Assembly (NCBI GenBank): GCA_963796275.1
Contig: CAWCKY010000003.1
Location: 1,376,001-1,440,000, forward strand
Length of the DNA: 64,000 bases
DNA from: an uncultured Acidobacteriota bacterium
Lineage (GTDB): Bacteria; Acidobacteriota; Blastocatellia; RBC074
Direction of reading: 5' to 3'
Shown here: positions 1-11,120 of the stretch, one piece after another
Layout: the number at the start of each line of letters is the position of its first letter
Numbering within the stretch: position 1 is the stretch's first letter
Program-made: the position numbers and the translations under genes
The notes under the pieces: model-generated
Database searches by the model: none
The model's input: the letters and a program-made list of their open reading frames with translations, nothing else
Told to the model about the DNA's origin: nothing

Positions 1-1045
1 AAGAACCCATCGTAGCAGATCATGATTCCCAGCTTGCCGAATCGAGTATCGAAGACCGGATAGTCGTCGCCGGGAGCGATGCCGGCTTCGATCTCAGACC
101 GCGGCAGGCTGACCTTGCGATACTTGCCGGCTATGCGGCCGTCAGGACCCAGCAGAACTGCGACGTTATAGATCAGATGCCGGTCGCGTTCCACCAGTCC
201 CGCTACTATATACAGATTGTGTTTCTTCGCGAGTTCGCCGAAATATTCGGTCGAGGGGCCCGGAATCGGCTCGGCCACATCGACGAAGCTGCGTCTGAGC
301 CCATAGTAGGTCAGCGTCTCGGGAAGCACCACGAGGTCAGCGCGCTGGCCGGCAGCATCCGCGATCAGAGGCGCAAACATCTGGCAGTTCTCCATCGGCG
401 TTTTGCCGCCCTTCGGACGGAAGTGCGCCGCCGCAAGTCTTACCTTGCGTTCCGGCAACGGCGCAGTTTCCCGAAAGAGACGGAGCCCCATTCGACCCTT
501 CCGCGGGGCGCCCAGCGCAGATAGAGTTCGACAACGGCGTGTGTCGCTTTAATCGGCACGCGATAGGTGTCGGAGACTTCGGTCCATCCCTGCGCATCGG
601 ACGATTTGTCCGTCGGGTATTCCGGTTCAGCCATCGCCGTCATAGCACTGAGATGATCGGTGACCACCTCGGTATCGCGCGGAACCTGTTTGCCTTTATC
701 GTCCAGCCAGACGATGCGCGCGACGACGCTGCGCCGCGGTTCTGCGACGTTCTCCGATTTGCGAAGAGCGAAGAATCGGTAATGCTTTCCCCCGCTTACG
801 GAAAAAGATTTCTTCCAGTGGCCATCGAGCCCCTCGCGTTCATCGGCTGCGATGGCGAAACTGCCCTTGCCGTCGCGCCCGCCTTTGGGCAGATAGTTGA
901 AGCGTGGGCTGATCTCTGCGCGCGGCGCGGCTGTTTGCCAGCCCTCTGGTGGCTGAGAATCGTCGGATCGTATGCCGATCGCTACAGCAACGCAAAACAT
1001 CGCGATCGATGCCGTCGATAGGGTTAATCGGATGATGTTGTTCAT
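1..1045 (-). CDS. Secreted carbon-nitrogen hydrolase (nitrilase/amidase family) with an extra N-terminal domain; 1-nt frameshift near 470; runs off the window edge
   Basis: ORF 440..1045 has a signal peptide. After a frame change at ~470 it continues ETAPLPERKVRLAAAHFRP...VLPETL...YRKVSLP...MICYDGFF, the E-K-C triad motifs of the nitrilase superfamily. Confidence 0.85.
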
Positions 1046-1065
1046 AGTCGTTGCTCCGGAAAAAT

Positions 1066-1131
1066 AGTTTTCAGTTTTCAGTTTTCAGTTGGATGGTCTC
1101 GATAGCAACCGAAAACTAAAAACTAAAAACT
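1066..1131. repeat. Inverted heptamer tandem-repeat palindrome (AGTTTTC)n ... (GAAAACT)n
   Basis: agttttcagttttcagttttcagtt, spacer, aaccgaaaactaaaaactaaaaact; same family at 2255-2292, 30525-30587 and 45918-46004. Confidence 0.85.
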
Positions 1132-1141
1132 AATATCATGG

Positions 1142-2102
<961 letters not shown>

Positions 2103-2126
2103 TTTTTCGTTTCTCCTCGGGAACTA

Positions 2127-2202
2127 GTTTGGAGTTCCGCCTTCAGGCGGTCAGAAAATCATAAACGGAAAGGAAAGACCGCGTAAACGCGGAACTCCAA
2201 AC
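2127..2202. repeat. REP-like inverted doublet (GTTTGGAGTTCCGCCTTCAGGCGG family)
   Basis: gtttggagttccgccttcaggcggtc ... gaccgcgtaaacgcggaactccaaac; same family at 38977-39100. Confidence 0.8.
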
Positions 2203-2340
2203 GCGTTCTCATTGTTTCAGATCGTCGCAGGCGACATTAAATGCTCCTCTTGAAAGTTTTCAGTTGCCGATCGAGACAGCCGAACTGAAAACAAAGTAAG
2301 ACGCAAAAATATTCAGATGATATCTAGTGTTGCGGTTCTG

Positions 2341-2547
2341 AGCCCCCAAGGGGCGCCGATATAGTAGCCAAGGGAGCAGCGAAGCGTAGCCCCTGGTAAG
2401 TATAAGTGAGTCGTCAAGCCCTGTTGTAGGGGCGCAATAAATCGTTTCGCTATCACGCCCTTCAGGGCTTTATGATTCTTGGCGATGTGTTCCAGGGGCT
2501 CCGCTTTGCTCCACCCCTGGCTATTATATTGGCGCCCCTTCGGGGCT
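2341..2547. repeat. ~207-bp nested palindromic REPIN/MITE-like element
   Basis: 56-bp imperfect inverted arms at 2341-2396 and 2492-2547, with an inner aagccctg...cagggctt pair. Confidence 0.8.
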
Positions 2548-2708
2548 TTGATCTGATCAATCTTTATCAAATAAATATTTGCAATCTACTTAAAAACTGA
2601 AAACTATTTATATTATTTCCGGCGTCGTCAACGACGATTTCACGTGTTATGCTGATCTTATTCATCGATCATTTCAATAGTATTTCAACAGGACGGAGGA
2701 GAAAAATT

Positions 2709-3491
2709 ATGCCGTCGAAATATGAAAACCTGCTTTTCGAAACCGATCTTCCGATCGCCCGCGTCACGCTCAATCGTCCCGAACGCCGCAATGCGCTCTC
2801 GCTGGCTTTGATGCAGGAGTTGATCGCGTGCCTGCGCGAAATCGGCGAATCGAAGGATATCCATGCCGTTATCCTCGGTGGCGCTGGAACCGTATTCTCT
2901 TCAGGCCACGATTTGAGCGAGCTACGCGGGCGCTCGATCAACGACTACCGGAAGATTTTCGATGTTTGCGTCGAGTTGATGACAACAGTTCAGAGCATCC
3001 CGCAGCCGGTCATCGCCGAGGTGCAGGGGATGGCGACTGCCGCCGGATGCCAGCTCGTGGCGACTTGCGATCTGGCGGTTGCAGTCGAAGAGGCGATGTT
3101 CGCCACGCCGGGTGTGCGCATAGGCCTGTTCTGCAGTACGCCGATGGTCGCGCTGACTAGGGCAGTGGGGCGCAAACGCGCGCTCGAGATGCTGATGACC
3201 GGCACGCCGATCAATGCGCATATGGCCGCTGAATGGGGTCTGATCAACAGGGTTGTTCCTGCCGCACAAATGCGCGAAGAGACTGAGAGACTGGCCAGTC
3301 AGATCGTCGAAGCGAGCCACCTCGTACTGGGGATCGGCAAACAGGCCTTCTACGCCCAGATCGATCTCGATCAGAAGAAGGCTTATGACTATACCAAAGA
3401 GATAATGAGCCTGAACGCGATGGCTCAGGATGCGCAGGAGGGAATCGGCGCGTTTCTCGAAAAGAGAAGACCAAGCTGGTGTGGGCAATGA
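2709..3491 (+). CDS. Enoyl-CoA hydratase/isomerase (crotonase) family protein
   Basis: LNRPERRNAL, FSSGHDL, AAGCQLVATCDL, FATPG and EGIGAFLEKR motifs; RBS ggagga upstream of ATG 2709. Confidence 0.9.
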   Translation: MPSKYENLLFETDLPIARVTLNRPERRNALSLALMQELIACLREIGESKDIHAVILGGAGTVFSSGHDLSELRGRSINDYRKIFDVCVELMTTVQSIPQPVIAEVQGMATAAGCQLVATCDLAVAVEEAMFATPGVRIGLFCSTPMVALTRAVGRKRALEMLMTGTPINAHMAAEWGLINRVVPAAQMREETERLASQIVEASHLVLGIGKQAFYAQIDLDQKKAYDYTKEIMSLNAMAQDAQEGIGAFLEKRRPSWCGQ

Positions 3492-3779
3492 ATATCTTTT
3501 ATTAAACTATTAGTATGGTTTATCGAGCTATTGACACAATTCATCCGGATGTCATAGAGTGACCCCTGCCTCGGTGCGTAACGGTTCCGGCAAACCAGCA
3601 TCGAGTTATTCTTCCAAACTATAATCAGTGAGAAACGTGACAAACCTCACTCAATTCTGGTCACGTTTGAAAAGCAATCAATCGACAGGCCCCTGGTTGG
3701 CAGAATAGTACGTTTTACTAGCGTTTCTTTACCCTCCTCCCCCTCACATGATCGAAGTACTATTTCAGGAGATTACACA

Positions 3780-4784
3780 ATGAGCAAAACCTTAGTCGCT
3801 TTGTGCGGGATAGCTGTGCTCACGATAGTAGTGGGCGTGGCGAGTTTTATGGTGCGCGGTGTCAACGCACAGGAGAGTGGAAAAGGACAGGATAGCCAGG
3901 ATGGCCAGGTCGTTAAACCTGGGCGGCAGACAAATGGCACTTTCGTCGGTCCTGATGGCACGGTTTACACATCGCAGAAAGCATTTGTGGATGCCGGGCG
4001 CCGGTGTCCGGTTAAGAATTTTGAACTCACAGATGACCGGGAAAGTTCGGGATTGGTTACTACTGCTGCACTAGCTCCTGGCAGTGTCACGATTAATACC
4101 TATTTCTGGGTAATTCAGGCAAACGGGACCGCAGGCGTTTCCGGAACCGGTTTTGTATCGGCCGCAGCGATAAACGCTCAGATCAACGTCTTGAATAATG
4201 CTTTCGCAGGAGCGGGACCTGGCGGAAATGGGGCAAACACACCCTTCAGGTTCCGACTCGCAGGCGGTGGTTATGTAGTTAATTCATCCTGGTATAACGC
4301 GGGTATCGGAACGGCTGCCGAGTTTCAGATGAAGAGTTCGTTACGGACCGGTAGCTTCGACGATCTCAATATCTATCTGAACATGGCCGACGGAAACCTC
4401 GGTTATGCGACTTTTCCCTCGGATGCGGATGCTAATCCTGAACTAGACGGTGTCGTTGCTTTCGGGCCCACATTACCGGGCAGCAACTTCGAGCCATATA
4501 ACCTGGGAGATACGATTACTCACGAAGTCGGCCACTGGCTCGGGCTCTTCCACACTTTCCAGGGCGGCTGTACTGGTAACGGAGATTTCGTCAGCGACAC
4601 GCCTGCCGAAGCTTCTCCCGCCTTTGGATGTGCGATCGGACGAGACTCGTGTCGTAACAACGCTGGGGCCGACCCGGTCACGAACTTTATGGACTATAGT
4701 GATGATTCCTGTATGTTCCGGTTTTCGTCAGGACAATCAGCGAGAATGGATAGCTTGTATACCACTTTTCGTCTGGGTCAGTAG
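3780..4784 (+). CDS. M43 (pappalysin/ulilysin-like) secreted zinc metalloprotease
   Basis: HEVGHWLGLFHTF zinc motif, NFMDYS Met-turn, DTP motif, signal peptide and prodomain Cys (RRCP). Confidence 0.92.
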   Translation: MSKTLVALCGIAVLTIVVGVASFMVRGVNAQESGKGQDSQDGQVVKPGRQTNGTFVGPDGTVYTSQKAFVDAGRRCPVKNFELTDDRESSGLVTTAALAPGSVTINTYFWVIQANGTAGVSGTGFVSAAAINAQINVLNNAFAGAGPGGNGANTPFRFRLAGGGYVVNSSWYNAGIGTAAEFQMKSSLRTGSFDDLNIYLNMADGNLGYATFPSDADANPELDGVVAFGPTLPGSNFEPYNLGDTITHEVGHWLGLFHTFQGGCTGNGDFVSDTPAEASPAFGCAIGRDSCRNNAGADPVTNFMDYSDDSCMFRFSSGQSARMDSLYTTFRLGQ

Positions 4785-4821
4785 CTCAGGGTCAAAAATC
4801 ACGTAGGCAATAGGAAATCAG

Positions 4822-4915
4822 AAGAGAGAACGCGAACAAGCGGGATAAGTAAAATATACGAAAGGTCGCATTTTTCGTTATGTTTTATTTATTCTACTTG
4901 TTCGCGTTCTCTCTT
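4822..4915. repeat. Long hairpin downstream of the M43 gene (possible terminator)
   Basis: Perfect 19-bp inverted repeat aagagagaacgcgaacaag / cttgttcgcgttctctctt with imperfect inner pairing. Confidence 0.75.
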
Positions 4916-5356
4916 TTGAACGGTAGATAATCGCAGAAAACACAGAGAAATCCGTAGAAATGTGTCTTCGTATTTATGAAATGAGCACTAAATTTAAATC
5001 ACGATGAATATAATTTACTGCCACGTCCCCCTCGTCGGGCGCTTTGGACAGTATCAATTAGCAGACAGGATTAGATGCGACCACCTGCACAGTTCAATAT
5101 CCCGCGACCGGGAGATGATTGAAGCCGTTATGATCAATCCCCAATTTGTAGCACCTTGAGTCCCTGATCCAACCATCGATATACAACGTTGGGATCGAAA
5201 CTTGGTTTCACATATATGACAATAACTAACAGGGGCCTGAATGATCGTCGTCATGCTATTCTTAATTAGTAACACTTTCGTCTTGAACGTGACCAGATAG
5301 AGAGAGTCAGCGCGCGCCGTACGTCGCCGGAATCACTCATACTGGAAGAGGGCGAA

Positions 5357-5439
5357 TCTCCCCACCTTTGACTTTCCACGTGCCCCAAGCATTCGCGATC
5401 TCTCCCATCGAATATTCCAGGATTGCCAGTTCGGGATAG
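5357..5439 (-). pseudogene. Relic fragment of a diverged copy of the neighbouring acylase gene
   Basis: Aligns to 6970-7050 ([24 protein letters not shown]) with 5 substitutions, all at codon position 3, plus a 2-nt insertion. Confidence 0.85.
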
Positions 5440-5493
5440 ACGTGAATTGATCATCATCGTCATGCTATGCTCGTTAATCTTTGAGGTGACTTT

Positions 5494-6093
5494 ATGCAAG
5501 AAGAGAAGAAACCGAAATTCCACGAGCTGCCCGCCGAGGAGCGGGAGCGCATCATTCGCGAAAGCCGTAAAGAACACGAGCGCTTGCTGGCCGAGCGGAA
5601 GGAGCAGTTGAAGGATGTCGAGATCTTTTGTGAAATCGAAACTTTCCAGGCGCAACCATCCTCCAGGTTGCCGGAAACCGAAGGGAAGTCGGGCGACGGC
5701 TGGGGGACTGTGCTCTTGCCGGTCTATGACGAACCTGAATCTTTCAGCTACTCATTCTTGAAAATCTCTTTGATCAATCATTCTGCGAAGTATATCGATA
5801 TGGGCTTGTTTGATCCGTGGGAGATTGTGGATGTGGCGGTCTCCGATCAGACGGGCAAACGATTGCCTGACCGCCCCCGCCCTCAACGCAAAGTTGGTGG
5901 CGGTTATTCGCAGGGGATCGAGCCGGGAGGGAGACTCAGCTGGCAGTTAGATCCAACTTCATGCGCCAAAATTAAATATCCAGGCGCTTACTGGATCGAG
6001 ATATCGACTGTGGGTGATGTCCACAGCCTGATGAAGATCACCAATCGGACACTGCAATACACCTTCGAAGAGAGAATGGACGCTCGTAAATAA
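5494..6093 (+). CDS. Hypothetical protein (charged N-terminal helix, probable beta-rich domain)
   Basis: 199-aa ORF with RBS gaggtg; no family recognised. Confidence 0.65.
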   Translation: MQEEKKPKFHELPAEERERIIRESRKEHERLLAERKEQLKDVEIFCEIETFQAQPSSRLPETEGKSGDGWGTVLLPVYDEPESFSYSFLKISLINHSAKYIDMGLFDPWEIVDVAVSDQTGKRLPDRPRPQRKVGGGYSQGIEPGGRLSWQLDPTSCAKIKYPGAYWIEISTVGDVHSLMKITNRTLQYTFEERMDARK

Positions 6094-6199
6094 TCACCTT
6101 CACTTGCGCGCGCATCCGCTCCATTGAGGGCGGACGCGCGCTTCCTCGGCTTTTCATTGGTATGGGAAGTCTTGCCCAAGCCGGCAATTGTCAGTTCTT

Positions 6200-8846
6200 T
6201 CAGTTCACCGGCGGCCGCCAATCGATCACCGGTTTCGATCCATCCATGCAAACCCACACCGTCGCGCGCATCTGCGGTTTGAGTTTCCCCTTGCTACTCT
6301 CGATCAGCTCCCAATCGCTCTCTTTGAATGGCTCGCCGCGCATTAAAAACCATTTCTTCGCATCATCTCCTTTGGCCAAGGAAACAGTGAAGCTTTCATC
6401 CGTTTCCTCATCGGTTCGCATTCGAATGAAGATGCGGTCTTCATTCCGTTCATAGGAGAGCACTGGCCCGGTGAATGAGGTGAGATTATCGCGCGAGCAT
6501 TTGAGAGATGACGGCGGCCTGAGCCGTTGGGTTCTGCCAGCATCACTACTCCCTGGATCTTTAGCCCCGCCATCCCGGCTGGATCCCGGCGCAGCTAATT
6601 GTCTCGGCTCGCCCGGATGGTAAGAGCTCTCCAGGTTGGCTTTGATCTCTTCCAGCGTGAACCACGCGGGTTTGAATTGCGTCTTCGAGTAAAGCTCCGC
6701 CTGGTCGAAATAGTGTTTCGATTGCGGATCGGCGCTCTGACCGAATTGCAGCAGCGACATTGCGCGCGGCTGTCGGGCCGAATTCGACCACGCTCACATA
6801 TGAGTGGCCCGCCACGCCGTAGCGCCTCTTCTGTCCGTTAGCGGCGGCGGGATAAAAATTGAATACGATGCCGGCAGTACCGGGCCCGCCCGCAACCGGC
6901 AGGCTGGGTTTTTCATCGCTGAACGGCTCGAGCTCGCCGCTCGTATGCACACGCTGGATGCGCGCAAGCTCTCCCCATTTGACCTTCCACGTGCCCCAAG
7001 CCTTCGCGATTTCTCCCATCGAATATTCCAGGATCGCGAGTTCGGGATAGGGATTGTTCTTGACCCTCGACTGGGCCTGCTGCAGTGAGCGCGTGTAGCT
7101 CCAGAGCGCGAAGAGCGACATCGCCTCCGATTCGAAGGCGCCGACTCCGTTCCACGATTTCAACAACTGGACCGCCTCCGCCATCTTTTCGGCCCTCGCG
7201 GGTTCGCTGGCTTTGAGCTTCTCCCACTCAGCCACGAGCTTCGGAACCAAAGTATCGATCTCGATGCAGCGCGTATCGAATGCGGCTTTGGACCAATCTT
7301 CGAAAGAGAACTTCTCGCGCTCGCTCAGCACGCGCCGTGAAATTCGGGATCGGCCGTTGTCTTTCTCACTGATCATATAACCGGGAAATGCGGCCAATGA
7401 AGGATTCTCTTTCGATCCCTCCGCGGTGGCCAGAGAGGGCGTGGCATTGCAGTTCTGGGTCCATCCGGTCGATGGATTGAAAATCTGCGGCAATTCTTTG
7501 ATTGAATGATAGCCCTTCCAGTCCGTCCCGGGATCGCTGCCGTCGACCGGGTTCGACCAATCGTACTTCGGATTTCGTTTGGGAACCGCGCCATTGTAAA
7601 GGTACCAGATGTTGCCCTCGCGGTCGGCGTACATAGTATTGAACATCGGCATGGCCAGGCGCGACATCGCCGCTTTGAACTCTTTGAAGTTGCGCGCCTT
7701 GCCCATCAGATAACGCTGCTCGATTACGCCGTAATCCTCGAACTTCGCCATTCGGACCGCGAGAGGCTTGCCATCGCGAAGCGCGACGATCGGGCCGTGA
7801 TGAGTCTTACGGAATCTGAAGCTCTTCGTTTCGATCCCCTTATCGGTTTTGATTTTGACCGTATCAGTCCAGGCGGTCGCGGTGCGATATCCGCCGCCGT
7901 ATTTATAGTTCAACGGGTTCTTCGGATCGTCGAATTTTTCTTCCCAGATGTCCGTGATGTCCGGCTCATTGACTGTATGGCTCCAACCGAGATATTCGTT
8001 GTGACCGAGGGAAGGGAAGGGCGAGCCCGGAAAAGTCGCGCCTGAGAGGTTCCATCCGGTATCGCTGTGAAGATGTCCCTCTATCCATTGGCCCGGCCCG
8101 AAGAAAGGCTGATGCGGATTGATGAAGAGCATGGCGTGACCGCTCGCGCTCTTGCTCGGGGTGATCGCCCACATATTCGAACCGATCACATCATCCCCCA
8201 TCTCGGCTGTGGCTCTATCGTCCGTCCGAATATTCAGATAACTGGTCGCTCCAGCTGCCCCGTCAGCTTTAACCTCGGGAATCGCCGCCAGCGTCTCCGC
8301 ATCCTTCAGCCCGTTGCGCCGGTATATGAAGAGTTGATATTGCGCGAAGCGGCCGAAAGCGAGCAGGTGCCAAGGCTCGAATCGCGTGATCAATCTCGGC
8401 TTGACCTGTGGATTCTTGGCGAGGAAATAGTTCAGCCCATCTGATGTCGCATCGCATATCTCTTTCATCTCCCGGCTGAGCTTCGCATAGTCGTCTTGCG
8501 ATATCCTGGTGATCTCCAACGCGCGATTGGTGATATCCGCCACGAGCCTCTTGTCACCATAGACTTCGGATGCGCGCCCGACCGCCTGGATGTAGCTGTC
8601 TTCGATCTGCCAGAAGTTGTCCTCGGCCTGCGCATAGATGAAACCGAACATGACGCTGTAATCGGTCGGCCCGTAGACGTGCGGCACGCCCCAGGTATCG
8701 CGATAGATCGTCACCGAGCGCGCGACTTTTTCGAGATCCTTGGATTGAGATTGCGCTTCCGTGCAAGCAGTGAACGAACCCTGCATCGCCAGCGAAAGAA
8801 GCAGAAACACATAGAGTGATGCGCGGATGAGAATGGCTTTTTTCAT
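6200..8846 (-). CDS. Penicillin/AHL acylase-family Ntn hydrolase (S45) with a C-terminal extension; frameshift near 6774
   Basis: [21 protein letters not shown] nucleophile and NPHQP motifs. Removing one base at CCG-A-CAG joins the ORF to 6200..6760 ([28 protein letters not shown], the normal family C-terminus). Confidence 0.9.
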
Positions 8847-8865
8847 GGGTATCTCCTGGGAAAGG

Positions 8866-9022
8866 TTGTCGGTAGGCAGTTTTCGGTTGTCGGTTCAAAT
8901 CTCATAGCTCATAGTTGAATCTACTTCCACCAAGTTATTATGGATTTAAATGCTAACCATCTACCGACAACAGCTTACCGGCTACCGCCTACTTACCGAC
9001 AACCGGCAACCGCCTACCGACA
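8866..9022. repeat. Degenerate inverted heptamer repeats (TGTCGGT / ACCGACA type)
   Basis: gttgtcggtaggcagttttcggttgtcggtt ... ctaccgacaacagcttaccggctaccgcctacttaccgacaaccggcaaccgcctaccgacaa. Confidence 0.7.
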
Positions 9023-9031
9023 ATTAAAAAC

Positions 9032-10003
9032 CTAAGCTGCTTCGCTCTCCTCTTTTTCGTCCAGCTTGCCGATCAACCCATTCCACGGTGGAATGACGAT
9101 CGTCACATTTCCATAAGCCTTCATCTGGCAGGCCAGGCGGATCGGAGAGTCTTCTTTGCCGGTGAAGCCTTCATAGCCGAAATAGACCCAGCGGCCGATC
9201 TCACGTTCGCTGGGCGGCGAGACTTTCTCGGTCGGCGATAGCACTCCGACCCAGCACGTTCCGCAGGAAGAGGTGCGGCACTCCACGGGAATCGGTCCCT
9301 CACCGGCCATACATCGTTCGTCCCGCAGGTGATGATTACGCTTATCGAATGATGCGGCCATCGTCACATCCTGCATATTCACGATGCGGAAAGAAGAGCC
9401 GGGCTCGCATTCGCGGAAGTTTACGCTGAACTCTTTGTCGACGGTTTTGAGGAACCCTAAGATGCCCTGGCCGTCGTCCCGAAGGCGCTCTTCGACTATT
9501 TTATCGGGCGATTGCTTCCAATTCTTGCCGTAAGCTCCTGGCTGCGCCGGTTGTTTGAAGAGGTCCGTACCCACTTGTTGCAGGGTCGCGAACGCGACGG
9601 CAGTGATTCCCGTCAGCAGTGTTTCATCGGCTTTCACCTTCCCGGCGATGCGGCGCGCGACATCGCGAATCTGCGCGGCCAGCAGCAAATCAGCCGGCGG
9701 CCGGGCTGCGTGTTCGGCTACCTCGCGCTTGACGTCGGGCCAGTAGCGGTGGCCGTAAAGGAATTGGGCGGAAGAGTCAACCTGATCGGCCAGCCGATAT
9801 TTACCTTTGAGCAGAAGACTTTTTGCTTTCTCTTCAGGATCTGTCGCGAGCGCCCGATTAAGTTTGAGCGGAAAGAAGGCGAACCAGATGCACGTAGCTC
9901 GTCGATCTACCGGGTGGATCGAAAGCTCATCGATGGCCTTAATCCAATCGGCGTCGTTGTGTTGGTTGAGAAAATGAGAAAATTGATTCCCGTTGTTCGT
10001 CAT
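9032..10003 (-). CDS. 2Fe-2S ferredoxin domain fused to a large N-terminal domain of unknown function
   Basis: CRTSSCGTC (C-x4-C-x2-C) and RLACQ; about 200 aa unrecognised N-terminal part; ATG 10003 with RBS gagg. Confidence 0.8.
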   Translation of the reverse strand: MTNNGNQFSHFLNQHNDADWIKAIDELSIHPVDRRATCIWFAFFPLKLNRALATDPEEKAKSLLLKGKYRLADQVDSSAQFLYGHRYWPDVKREVAEHAARPPADLLLAAQIRDVARRIAGKVKADETLLTGITAVAFATLQQVGTDLFKQPAQPGAYGKNWKQSPDKIVEERLRDDGQGILGFLKTVDKEFSVNFRECEPGSSFRIVNMQDVTMAASFDKRNHHLRDERCMAGEGPIPVECRTSSCGTCWVGVLSPTEKVSPPSEREIGRWVYFGYEGFTGKEDSPIRLACQMKAYGNVTIVIPPWNGLIGKLDEKEESEAA

Positions 10004-10116
10004 TGCTGAACTGACCTCATTTTTTCTAAATGATATTCTATTCGGTGCAGGTAGAATTCGATGGTAAAGATAACCGGAGGACGCTACTTCGGCAAGAGAC
10101 ACGAGAGGAGAGAACG

Positions 10117-11055
10117 ATGAAGAGACAGACACCATTGGGAGAGCTTGAAATCTTGGATGCTCATACGCATTTCTTTTCGCGAAAATTTATCGAGACATTA
10201 ATTAGCCAGTCGCCCCAGTTATCGAGCGACGCAGACCCGATCGGTCGAGTTGAACAGATGACCGGATGGACGATGCCGCCGGGCGATCCGGCGGAGCTGG
10301 CTGCCATCTGGAAGGCGGAATTGGATAGGCACAATGTATCGGCGGCGATGATGATGGCGAGCGTGCCGGGCGACGAACGATCGGTCGCCGATGCGGTCGG
10401 CGCTTTCCCGGACCGGATCATCGGCGGATTCATGTTCGACCCGACGAAACCCGAAGCCGAATCGCGAGCGCGGCGTGCCTTCGATGAATCGAAGCTTCGC
10501 GTGGCCTGCCTCTTCCCGGCAATGCATCATTATTCGGTGGCGGAGAATGACGGGGCGCGAACCGTCGCCGCGCTCGCCGGGGAGCGGCCGGGCGCCGCGG
10601 TATTCGTTCATTGCGGAGTACTCTCGGTCGGGGCGCGCAAAAAATTGGGTCTGCCGAGCCATTTCGACATGAGGCGCTCAAATCCGCTGGATATCTATAA
10701 ATTGGCCGCGGAGTTTCCCAGGACGAGTTTCATCGTTCCGCACTTCGGGGCGGGGATGTTTCGCGAGACCCTGATGCTCGCAGACCTCTGCCCCAACGTT
10801 TATCTGGACACGTCGAGCACCAACAGTTGGATGAAGTACGAATCGATCGATCTCACGTCGGTGTTTAAACGCGCGTTGGCCGTCGCCGGTCACGAACGCC
10901 TGCTCTTCGGCACTGATTCTTCATTCTTCCCGCGCGGATGGAATGCTCAGGTGTTTGAAGCACAGGTAAAGGTTCTTGCAGAAATCGGATTGAGTAACGA
11001 ACAGGCGGCGAAGATATTCGGCGGCAACCTTCGACATTTGTTGAAGCTTCAATAA
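10117..11055 (+). CDS. Amidohydrolase_2-type TIM-barrel metallohydrolase
   Basis: DAHTH, VHCG, PHFGAG, YLDTS, LLFGTDS and IFGGN motifs. Confidence 0.88.
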   Translation: MKRQTPLGELEILDAHTHFFSRKFIETLISQSPQLSSDADPIGRVEQMTGWTMPPGDPAELAAIWKAELDRHNVSAAMMMASVPGDERSVADAVGAFPDRIIGGFMFDPTKPEAESRARRAFDESKLRVACLFPAMHHYSVAENDGARTVAALAGERPGAAVFVHCGVLSVGARKKLGLPSHFDMRRSNPLDIYKLAAEFPRTSFIVPHFGAGMFRETLMLADLCPNVYLDTSSTNSWMKYESIDLTSVFKRALAVAGHERLLFGTDSSFFPRGWNAQVFEAQVKVLAEIGLSNEQAAKIFGGNLRHLLKLQ

Positions 11056-11120
11056 CTATTCATCACAGAAGAGTTCACCACAGAGAAAGCAAAAGAGAAC
11101 ACAAAAAGCACAAATCGCCC

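Noticed and set aside
2313-2570. 85-aa ORF
   Set aside because: It is simply a translation of the palindromic repeat element
5357-7050. Diversity-generating retroelement TR/VR pair (5357-5439 versus 6970-7050)
   Set aside because: Mismatches are not adenine-specific on either strand, they fall at third codon positions, and no reverse transcriptase is present
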